A stretch of DNA of 64,000 nucleotides from an uncultured Planctomycetia bacterium (GTDB taxonomy: Bacteria > Omnitrophota > Gorgyraeia > Tantalellales > Tantalellaceae), in NCBI GenBank assembly GCA_964409365.1, contig CAYPCX010000002.1:160984-224983 (forward strand), given 5' to 3'. Shown here piece by piece: positions 18,039 through 30,000 of the stretch. Below the pieces are notes generated by a model. That model worked only from the letters and a program-made list of their open reading frames with translations. It was not told the origin of the DNA and did not search any database. The translations under genes and the position numbers were made by a program. The number at the start of each line of letters is the position of its first letter. The stretch's first letter is position 1.

Positions 18039-21000
18039 ATGGACGCTTGGCAAATAATAAAGACTTGGCAAACAAAAAGACGCTTGGCAGATCATGACCG
18101 CTTGGCAGAGCATGGCCATGATGGCTTGGCACAAAAGAAGGCTTGGCAAACTATGAATACAAAGAACGCTTGGCAAAGTGATAAGAAATATTACATAGGG
18201 GAAGAAGATTCCATACAGGGCGTAGCGACTTGGCGTAAGCGCTATGCCTTTTTTCTTAAAATAGTCAGCATTATACTCATAGCTATATTCACCCACCAGC
18301 AGATCGGGTGGACGCAAGACGGACAACCGGTCTGGGCGCAAGCCAAGCTTTACAATAACACCTACTCCCCGGGCAATGTGAATGTCGACGGGATAGACGT
18401 GCCATATGACATAGCCAACAAGACCGAGGTCGTCATCAACGGCGGCAAGGAAAAGGTCATACACATCCAGGACGCGCACGCCTCGCTCGCGGCGCAGGAA
18501 TCCATAGTCAAGCTCCTGGATTCGCTGGTAAGCAACTATGACCTGAGCCTGATAGCCCTTGAGGGCGCCGAAGGCTACCTGGATACGTCCATTTTGAGCA
18601 CCTTCCCGGACAAGGATATCCGTGACGATACGGCGGCCCACCTGATGAGGGAAGGCCGGATGAGCGCCGGCGAGTTCTTCGCCGTCACGCGCGATACCGC
18701 CGATATCTGCCTTTACGGCGTGGAAAAAGACGAGCTTTACCGCAAGAACCTGGAAAGCTTCCGCGAAGTCGCCGCCGAACGCGCGAGCCTGGTAGGCCAT
18801 ACCAACGCGTTCCTCAGGCAGCTGAAAGCCCTGGAAGAGAAGATATATTCGGACGACCTGCGCCTTTTGAACGATAACGCCACCCTGCACAAGGACGGCA
18901 AGATCAGTTTCCTGGATTACTGGAAGAAGATCAAAAGCCTGGCCGAAAGGTTCAAGATAGATACAGGCGAATACGGTCAGCTTAACAGGCTCCTGGAGAC
19001 GATCGAGCTGGAACAGGAGATAGACTTCACCGAGGCTAATATCGAGCGGCGCAAGCTTGTCGACGAACTAAGCGGCAGGATGAACGAAAAAGAGCTCGAA
19101 GGCCTGGTACTGAAATCGGTGGCTTTCAGAGAGAACAAGGTTTCCCAGGCCGATTTTCATAATTACCTGGTCTCTCTGGCCGAGAACCACGAGGTCCCCC
19201 ACGAGGGATACGCGAACCTCATCAAGTTCGCGCAGTACGTCGCCCTGTACGAGACGATCAACATAATCGGGCTGTATCACGAGGTAGCCCTTTTCGAGGA
19301 CGCCATAAGGGAAAAGCTCTACCGCAACGACGACGAGCGCCGGCTGTACGAAATAGCCATCATGACGTGCATGCTGAAACGGCTGTATAACATGGAGATG
19401 ACCAATGGCGATTACGCTTTCATCAACGCTTACCGCAAGAGTTACAATGCCCGCGAGTTTGCCGGGTTCGCGAAGGACAAATGCCGCAAATACAAGGTCG
19501 CCATCGAAGGCGATTATGACCTTTCCGAGATGCTTTCGGGCATGGATGGAGCGATAGAGTTTTACAGGCTGGCCGAGAGCCGTGACCAGACCATGCTGGC
19601 CAATACCGTAAGGCACATGAGGGCCGAAGGTAAGCACGTAGCGGCGCTTATCACCGGTGGTTACCACACAAAGGGCCTTACGAAGCTGATGAAGGAAAAG
19701 GGCCTTTCGTATCTCGTCATAGCCCCCAAGTTCGAGGAAGGGAAGGAACGTCCGTACATAGCGGTCCTCACCGGCAAGAAGAAGCCTTACCAGAAGCTTC
19801 TCGAGTCCGGCAAATACCAGCTGGCGGTGGAGGCGTATTTTTCGGCGGAGAACTTCGAGGAAAAACTCGTAGATCTCAAAGAGATCATTTCCCGGAACCT
19901 TGCCATAAAAATGGCCGAGATCAGGGATGACAAGAAGATCCGGGGGGCGGAGGAAAGAAATTCCAAAATACAAGAGGGTTTGGACCGGACGAGGCGGTCC
20001 TGGATAGAGCTTTTCAGTCAAAGGTATGAGGCGCACTTTGGAGGGCTGGAGGGCCAAAAGCGGCTGGAAACAATGAACGTGAAACCGATCACCCCGGAGG
20101 AATTCGCGCGCACCATTAATGATGGCATCAAACTGAGCTATAGCTATGGAACAGATATAGTAATAGTGTTTCATGAAGATGAAGCTGAAGCTGAAGAAAA
20201 GGCTGTCATGGCGATAAAGGGACGCGACGGCCAGTATGAACAAGCCGATGAAGTTACCCCCGAAGACATCAAAAAGCTGAGCCCGAGCTCCCGGAGATTT
20301 TCTCCTGTGAAGAGTGCCAGCGAAGAAAAGGCAGGTAAAGAAGGCGGGGAAGTGCTGTATGAAGCCGACCTGTCGACATCCAGAGGAGAGCCGGTGGATA
20401 GAAAACTTCTTAAGAGAGCTTTTTGGAAGTCTCGTGGAGTTCCTCCGATTCCGTGGGGCAGGGTCTTCGAGAAATACGGACTAGAGTACGAAAAGGATTC
20501 CTTTGAGGACCTTAGAGATAGTCTCCCGGAAGCGCAAAAAGCGGACAGGGATCTAAATAAAATACTTGAGCTTGAAGAGATCGACAGACTTACCGACAGC
20601 CATATAGAGATCCTCAGCGGCGCGTTCGATACTATTACTTCCGGGTTGTATGAAGCCCATGTTTACAGCCAGCAGATCAATATTAAGCGGGGTATGAACA
20701 GCTTGCTCGAGCTTACCCCGGAAGGTGAACTGGAACTGGACATCTGTCTTCTGCGAGCGATCGATAAAGAGGTGAAAGGAAATGCGGAGAATATAGGAAA
20801 ATATATTAATGCCCTGGCATGGATGCTCGAGCATGAGCTCTGGCATATCCTTATCAGGTCCGATGACGTGATCGCGGAAGAGCTTGCGGTTATCGCCCTG
20901 AATGTTCATGACTTCCTTATCATGGAACCGGAGACCCAGGAGGCGCTTCTCTGGCTTATGGACAATGCGAATAAGAACGACATAGACGGCAAGAACTTCG

Positions 21001-24000
21001 ACGTGATCCTGAAAGACGCGAGGGCAGCTTTTGAGGCCCAGGGCGGTGATGCGGAGGACGAGGAGAAAGCACGGCAGGTAGCCCTGGGAAGTTTAGGAGA
21101 ATATTTTGATTATCTTGTCAGGATAGGTTCTGTTTCTCGTGAAGATGCCGCAAACAGGGACCCTAAAGTGGAAACGGCCCGGGGTTTATATGACGATCTG
21201 GAGAAGATCGCAGTGTCCCGGAGGGTAAATAAAATAAAGATCTCGGCGCAGAAAGAACTGGCCACTGTAGAAGAACTGGAAGCCGCCGGTAAAAAGCTTA
21301 AGAATGATGCGATGATCCAGAGGGTCGTAAAGCCGGTCTTGGAACTGAAAGAGGCTGCGAGAAAGGCAGGAAAGAGGATAAGCGAGGACGACGAAGGGTT
21401 GGTGTGGGACTATAAAGCGGCAGAAGCGAGTGTAGTGTCGGGTATTGCGTTCATCGAGCGCCGGGAGAAGATCAGGGCCGCGATAACGTTGGCAGAGGCA
21501 GGAACGTCGACCCTGGATGATCTTAAAGACGCTCATAAAGATCTCACGGGACCGGAGATGGCAGATATGTTCAAAGGTTCCATGACAAGAAAATATGAGG
21601 ACTTGGCAAGAGATTATCAGAAAGCGGTGACCGGCCTGGAAGAAGCTATTGCTAAAGCGGAAGCAGCTGGAGAAGAGGTAACAGCTGATGAAGTGAAGGC
21701 AGCCGGTGAAGCATCGGAGGCAGCGCTTCAGGCGATACAAGAGATACAAAGTGCGGAGACAGCACTTCAGGCGCAAGCGTTACGGACGATAGGGGAAATA
21801 AGAAGTCGTATAGTAAAAGCTGAAGAACTGACTATAGGGGAGCTCGAAGTTCTCAAGGGCAAGCTTGAAACCGATCCAACGATCCAGTCGGCTCTTGAGA
21901 AATACCCGGAGAAAATAAAAGGAGAGTATAGATACGCAGAAATATTTATCGAAAGCAATATTAAATTCGTCGAGATCCAGGAGAAGGTAAGGGCTGCAGC
22001 GGCCTTAATAGATAACAAAGAAGGGAGAACTCTTGAGGCGCTTGGAGCGGCTCAAAGAGAGCTCGCCGGTATCAGCATGCCCCGTGATCCGCGATCCCCG
22101 AAATACATAAAACTGAAAAAAGAATGGGAGAACGCGAAAAATAGGGCACAAGCGTTCCAGGCGATAGGGGAGATACGGAACAAGGTATCAATGGATAAAA
22201 AGCCGACCGCAAGGAAACTTGAAGAAGTCAGGGAGGACCTGGAAGGGCTTATGGAAGAACCTGCGTTCCGGAAAGCTGTCGGGGAATACCCGGATGTAAG
22301 CGAGGAATATAAATTGGCGAAAATAATGATCGGCAACGATATCGACTTCGTCAAGACCGGGGACCAGATAATGGCTGCGATAGAATCGGCAGGATCGGCA
22401 GTGAGCGCAAGTAAAAGTGAGAGCGGAATGTCGGCCTTGGAAACACTTGAAGCCGCTCGACAAAAGCTTGAAGACGTCCCGAAGGTCCACATGCCCGACT
22501 CAAGATACAAGACCCCGAGGTACGCGGAACTGGCGGGATTGTTGAGGGACGCGGAAACCGCGGTGGTGGACGCCATTAAAGAAAAGAAGGAAGCAGAGGT
22601 CGCCTGGGCCAAAGGCGAAATGCGGGATATAAAGGCATGGATAAATGCTGTTGTTGGAAGCGCCGAGAATCCGTCCGCAGTCGATCTTGGAGAGGTTGAA
22701 AAGGTATTTGAAAAATTGGGAGAAAATGATAGGTTTGAGGCAGCCGGGGCAATGAGTGGAGATGTGAAGGCGGAATATAATGGAATACAGGAGGAAATCG
22801 CAAGCCTGAAAGATAAGATCAGAAAACTGAAAGTGGCAGAGGACCTTAGAAAGACGGAGGAGCAGCAAGAGCGGTTTGATCGGGAAGAAGCGGAAGAAAA
22901 GCGTCAGCAAGAGATCCAGGACATGCTTGTTCGGATAGATACAACTGATGATCTGGAAGAGCTTACGGGTATAAGAAGCAGTGGAGAGTATCAGGAAGTC
23001 AGGTCAGATAACGTCCCGGGAAGCACAGACACTGTGGAGGACATATTTGAAAGAAAAAGAAGGAGTGTGGAAGAAGCGGATATCTACTGGGCACTTGGTG
23101 CGATAGATGCAGCCAATGAGATGGCTGAGCTTGTCAAGTTAGGGCTCAGCTCCAGGTTCAGGGCGGTCCAGCGTAAGGAGATTCCTTCCGCGATGAGAGA
23201 ACCTGTTGATGAAACAGTAGCAGAGGGCAGGAAAGAAGCGGAAAAAGGAATGGTGATAAACAGGTATAATCACAGGAAAAATGAGATAGAAGGCATCGTA
23301 AAAAGCACCGAGAAAGGCACCGAGCGCATGGAACAGGAAGAGGCCGAATTTGCGGCAGATGCAGCGAAAAGCGAACAAGACAGAAGAGAAAAAGAGATCG
23401 CCTGGGCCAAGGGTGAAATACAGAATATAACAACGGCGATGGGTGTCGCTATCAATGAAGTTGTTGGCGAGGCCGGGAGGATAACTTTTGATTCTTCGCC
23501 AGCCGCAAGAGACATTATTACCGGGGCTGCGGATGCGCTTAATAACTTAGAAGAGAATAAGAGGTTTAACACGATCCTGGAAAACAACCAGGACGTGATG
23601 AATGGGTATAATGAGGCGTTTGATAAAGTTAGAGCCCGGGCTGCCGAGATAATGGGAATAGAGATCGCGTGGGCCGAAGAGAGAATATCGGATATAAGAT
23701 CTTTGATGAGTAACATTGTTGGCGGAACCAAGAGGTCGGATTTAGGTCTTAACGGAGTTTTGGCCGAGTATGAAAAGTTGGGAAAGAACGAGGATTTCAA
23801 GGCGATCAAAGAAAGAAGCGCGGATATAGCTGCGGAGTACGAGAAAATACGCGGGGGAATCGTGTCCTTGCAGGAAGAAATTAAAAGATTGGAAGAAGCG
23901 AAAAAGCGTCGCCAGCTTGCCCAGGATGAATTGGTAAGCATATCATTGGAACTTGATAGAATACGCGAAAAGGGACAGGTAAGTCTGGCTGATTTTGATC

Positions 24001-27000
24001 CTGTTGTGGCTGCCCTTAATGCGTTCCCGTTAAAGCACGAAGAGATCTTTGATATTAGGAATAAAAGCCGAGAGAACGATGTCATATATAATATGCACCT
24101 GTGCTTATCAAGAATGGTATTAGAAGAGATAGACAGAGTGAAGCAAGAGATCGAGGGGCGTAAGAAAGAGGCGGAAAAAGCAAAGACTGCATTAGAGCAA
24201 ATAAGTGGATCGGTAGCCACGCTCGAAGGTATGACGTATGGGGAGCTCAGGAACGCCCGGCAATCTCTTGTTGATTTTAGGGATAAGTTTCGAGATGTTA
24301 TTGCCGAAGATGACCAGTTAAGAAAAGGTTACGAGGCCATTAAGGAAAAGGTGGACGGTGCTATCGGGAGGATAGAGACGGCCATTTTCGGTGATACCGT
24401 AGAAAATATAGAAGCCGGAGTGAAGGAGCAGACCGGGGTCGATGTAGCTGCGGGGACCAAGCGCTCTCCGATTCAGAAAGGCGATGGTACTGACGAAAAT
24501 ATGGAACTGAAACAGCAGCTTATAGAAAGCCATAATGAAACTTACTGGGAAAAGTGCATAAGCTTGGCTAAAGAGGCAGGAAAAGAATTGGATAAGACAA
24601 TAAACCCGAAGTTTGTCAAAACGGTTTTTTATTCGTTTTATGACGCTTCTACCGGAGATGTGGAAAACCTGAGTCTGGAAGAGGTGACCGATTTGTGTGA
24701 AAAAAGATCGATCGTTACCAGTGATGCTGAGACTACGGCCAAGGATAGGATCAGGAACTTGCAGGTCATAAGCGACCGTAATGTTGAGATCAAAATGGTG
24801 TATGGAGAAGTGTGCGCGGAATGTGAGAGGTCGATCAACGCGTTGATAGGGTTTTTGCAAAGGATCGGAGGCGAAGATGAAAGTGACGTCCTTGGCGTGG
24901 ATTCAAATTTTACGCCGGTCAATGGTTTTCTTATTTCCTCTTCGGACGATAACCTGGTATGCCCCCTTCAGCACTTGGACGGAATATATGAGCGGAACAT
25001 AGCCAGATTGAAGGCTACCCTGGAGAGCCAGCTGGGAAGTAAGGAGCACACGGCCAAAGTGGCGCTTATAGGGCGTTACAATAAGAGGATAAGAGGAAGA
25101 TGCGAAGAGCTCGCGAACGATCTGGGGATAGCACCTGGATACGGCAGTGCGATCGCCGAGGAGTTCTATAGCATAGATCCGTCCTTCCAAGAGCGGGGAG
25201 TAAATGCGGTCATAGCGGAGTGCGAGGCAAAGTCGAACGCCGTAAAGAATGAGGGAGAGGTCCGCAAACGCATAGCGAACAAGAAACTCATCGATGACAG
25301 CAACAGCAGGATAGAGGCGGAATATGGCGGGTATCTGAACGCGTTAAGGGAAGAATGCGGCCAGGCCGCGCATGCCGCATTTGGAACGGTCAATGTTGAG
25401 GATTTTTATGTCGCCGATTCCGCGGAAAACCTGGATCTGCCTGAGCAGGAATTACAAGCCGTGGTTGAAGGTAAACAGAGTGAACTGGCAACTACAGTAG
25501 ATAGGTTTATCCAGAGGAAAAGAGAGATCGATAGAGCGAATGCGACGATCAGGGCGGCGTTCATCATTTGCAATCCAGGGCTTACAGACGCTGAAAAGGA
25601 GAATCTCGAGGCAACCAACCCTCTTAATTTTATTGACGCGAGTAACCCTGAATTTTATCAGGCAAATGTGAATGTAGACGTATTGTGCGGTCTTCATATA
25701 GTAAGCGTTCCGTTAGCCGCTTCGTCTGACCAGGCAACTGAAGCGGCGGATGCCACGAAAGAAATGTTGAAGCAGATTCTCGCGGATGAGTTCGCCAAGA
25801 ATTATAGCGAGAAAACCAAAGAAGAGTGGCCGGATGAAGTGAGTGCCCCAGAAAGTTTTCTTATCACCGCCGATGATGTCGAGGAAAGGGAAAAGGCACT
25901 GGGAGCAGAGATTACGCAAGAGGATCTTGCAATTTTATGGGTAGAAAAGAATACCGTGATCTCGGAATATTTTGCAGGAAGATCAGCCGAGGAAATAAAA
26001 GAGGAATTTGCTCAGTACATCGCCGAGGCGAAGCCGCAACCCGCACAGACAGCACCGGCCCCCGCGCCGGCTCCGACACCGACACCAGTCCCCACGCCGA
26101 CACCGGCGTCCGCGGCAGCGGTAACTTCCGAAAAAGTCATAGCCGAAACGGTTAATGGGTATATTGAGCCCGCCAATGGAATGACTGATGCGGTTTTCCA
26201 TGTGCAGTATAGGAGAAAATATGGTATTGAATTGCCGAAGGGACCGGAAGGAGTTAAGAAAGCACCGCGGTTTCATATTACGAAAGAAGACAAAGAGATT
26301 CAGGAATTTATAGATGAACTTAAAGCGAGACCGGAATTGATGCTGGAACAATTAAAGAATGAGGCACTATCCTTTGTAACCGGTCTTCATGGAGCGCGTA
26401 GCGGCCAAATCGAGTCTTATTTCAACCTTATAGAAGGTGTTAATACGGACCTTGTCGAGATCTGGGGAAAATGTGTAGAACAGGCCGGAGAGATCCCGGA
26501 GATGCTCCTTGTTACAGAAGATGATGCCCTGGCATGGGCGACAACGCCGGAGTTTGCTAAGACCGATGTGCATGAAATTATCGCCGAAAAAGTGAACGAA
26601 ATAGAGATGTGGGCGCCTTGGCTTAATCCGGTCAGATTGGTGAGCACGCCGGAGAGATTAGGGGATATCCAGCCGTCGGATGACGCGGGCGGCGAAGGCT
26701 ATGGCGAAAGGGCATATCCGAACCAGAATGCCAGGATTATAGATGAACATAATGTGGCGGTCAGGGCACTGCATGATGAGTATCTGGAACAGGTGGGGTC
26801 TGAAGGAGACAGTCTTAACGGGCTTTGGGAAACTTTCCCGGAGGGTGGAATAACGGATGAGGAAAAAAGAAGGGTTATCAATGTCGCTTTCGGGACATAT
26901 TTATACATGCAGCCTACGGAGGACCTCTTGGGAGAGATGGATGAAGAGGCTCTGGAAAACTTAAGGCAGGACTGCGAGCAAAGAATGAAGGATGCCGCTA

Positions 27001-30000
27001 ATCCGGGCGCGGTCTTTGGGATCGTCCAGGAAGTGGTCGCCAAGCTCGAACTTATCGATAATTATAGAAGGCAAGTCAAGGGGATGATAGATGACTTGAA
27101 TCAGTCTTTGAAAGGGCTCTCTCCGGAAGAGAGGGAGGCGAAGAAGGAACAGGCCGCGGAACTTCTTACCTTGGATGTGGATAAACATTCCCAGGGGAAC
27201 ATGGAAGAACATATAGATGCGATAGTGGAAAGGGTGAACGCCAGGCGTGACGCGATCAACGAAGCGGTCGCTGAAATAAAGGGAACGGAGAAGGTCGAAA
27301 TGGCACCGCTGGTGGCTCCGCCGCTTAGGGCGCCGCCCGTTGCGGAAGAGCCGGCCCCTGCCCCCGCAGAAGAGCCGACCCCTGCCCCCGCGGCAGAACC
27401 GACTTCTGCTCCAACGCCACACGCACCAGCTGAACCTTCAGCACCGACACCGCCACCGGTGCAACCGCCCGCGCCTCCGACAACACCGCCTGCGGCGTCA
27501 ACACCGCCCGCACCGGGAGCCGACGGGCTTAACCAGACCGAACGCGACCTGCTTAACGCGGCAAATACAGTAACGGACGGGAAGATAACTTCCTACAGAA
27601 AAGGCCAGGTCGATGCCATGCGCCTCCTTAAACAGGGTACGTTCGTGGAATTAAGAACAGGAGGCGGTAAGACGCTTACCCTTGGTGGGGCCGCGCTTTC
27701 GCGGTTCAAGGAAACAGGGGAATCGGTCTTTATTATGACCCATGAAGACGACCTGACCAGACAGGCCATGGAAAAGGACCAGATGGGAGAGATCCTAAGC
27801 AAGTGCGGGGCCAAAACAGGGTTTATAGTCAAAGATGCAAGAGGTAATGAACGAGGGTATATCTACGAGAACGGTACAGGAAGATTCGCGAAAGAGGTGG
27901 AAGAGGTTTACGAAAACTGCGATATCATATACGCGAAATGGGATATAGTCGTCCACCGTCATCTGCGCGAGAAGATAGGCGGCGATGACGTCAGAAAGGT
28001 GCTGAGCGGCAAAAAGCGTTTTAACCTGTTCGACGAGGCGGACCTCATGCTGGTCTTCGGCTCCGCGACGCCGGCCGTTATCCAGGGCGATGAGCTGGAA
28101 GGAACGGACAAGCGCCTTCGCGTGCGCGAGATAATAGACAGGGTGGCCGCCGAGATGGTGGAGAAAAAGGAAGGTTATCACGAGCGGGAAGAGAGCGAAG
28201 AAATATTCTTAGACTACGACGGCAAGACCAAAAGCAAGATAGACGATGCTTTCAGCGGGTACAGGAACGATCAGGTGATAATGAACATGGTGGAGACGGA
28301 ATGGGACTTTTTCCTGATCGACGCGATCAAAGCCCACCGTTTTTATAAAGAAGGAGAGCGTTACAAGATCGGCGAGCCGGACGAATCCGGGAACAGGGAA
28401 GTGATCGTCATTGATGAGCAGACCCAGGCTCCCAAACCGGGAATGACGTTCGGTGAAGGCCTGCACCAGGCGGTAGCCATAAAGGCCGCGGCGGAACACA
28501 AAAACCTCAGCATTAATATCCCCGCTGAGACGTATACCGGCATGTCGGAGACCATAGTGCAGTTCCTGAACAGCGACGTCGTCAGCGATTTTGCCGGAGC
28601 CAGCGGTACGATGGAGATCCCCAGGCTGGAAAGCATATATCCCGGCAAGAAAGTCGAACAGGTCAAAGGTATAGACGAAAAGCTGAAAAATGAAGGATAT
28701 AAAGGTTTTGAGACCAAGGCCGAAAAATGGCAGGGTATCCTGGAAAGCCTGAACAGGCGGATCGCCGGGAATCACCCGGTCCTGATCAAGGTCGAATCGG
28801 ACGTCGAGACCGAAAAATTAAGGTACTTTATCTGGACGGGCGTTCTCGGCATGACATATGACCTTGATCCGGAGCTGAGGGAAAGACTGGAGAAGGATAA
28901 AGACCTGCAGGACATGATACGGGAGGCAAGAAAGAACAGGCAGCTTGTAGACCAGCTGAGAGAGAAGTTCATAGAAAAAAGCGTTATTATCAACACGGCT
29001 GACGCGAGGCATCCCGGGGAATTCGCCAGGGCGATCGATCAGGCGGGGTACGCGAACGTTATCACTATAGCCACGAACATGGCTCATAGAGGAATAGACA
29101 TAGAGATAAAAGGCAAGTATCTTAACGCGGACGGGACCGAGGGTGTTGAAGTACCCCCCGTGGAAGAATTGTCGCCGGGGCTGCACGTCATATCGGCTTA
29201 TCTCGACGAATCGGAGGCCTTCGAGATCCAGACGATGGGACGCGCCGACAGGGGCGCGCACCAGGGGTCATGGGAAGGCCTGTTCTCGCTCCCGGAAACA
29301 AAAGGCCGTTTTGGCGCCGAGAGGACCGAAAGGATATTTATCGCGCACGAGACGCTTTTAGAGCAGCAGATCAGCGGGTTAAGGGCTGCCGTGAAGAACG
29401 ACGACAAAGACGCGATAAAAGGACTCATAGGCGAGATCAGAGATCGTATCGTGAGCGAACAGAACGAGAATGACAGGAAAAGGCGAAAGCATGAAGACCG
29501 CGTTTTCGGTTACCAGGAAGAACTTTTGCATTATGGCGAAGTAATAGCCGAAAACACAGAGTCTTTCAGGATCTTTCTTGTCGATATAAACGCGGTAGAC
29601 GCGGCTACAGCTGTTGAGATGCGGGATGAAGATGTGGAGGAATTAAGAAAGATATTCCTGGAACTGATCAGGAAGGAGCTGCAGAAGTTCCAGACCGAGC
29701 AGCAGATCAGCAGGAACCGCCTGGACAGGCTGGCTGCCGAGGCGGCGATCGGCTGGAAAGGGGCCTTCGGCCAATACCAGAGCGAATCGGACAAGATCAT
29801 CAGCGCGGGGCAGAACCTTGACGACAGGCTGAATAACGTTATAGAGGATTTGAGTATAGCAATAGCTAATAGCATGAAACGCCCCCTTTCCGAGGTCAGG
29901 GAAACGGAAAGGAGGCCGCTTATCTCGGATAAAGGGCTTCAGCAGGTAAAGGCTATCTTCCTGATAGTCGGGTTGTGCGCGTTCCTCGCGTTTGTCGGGG

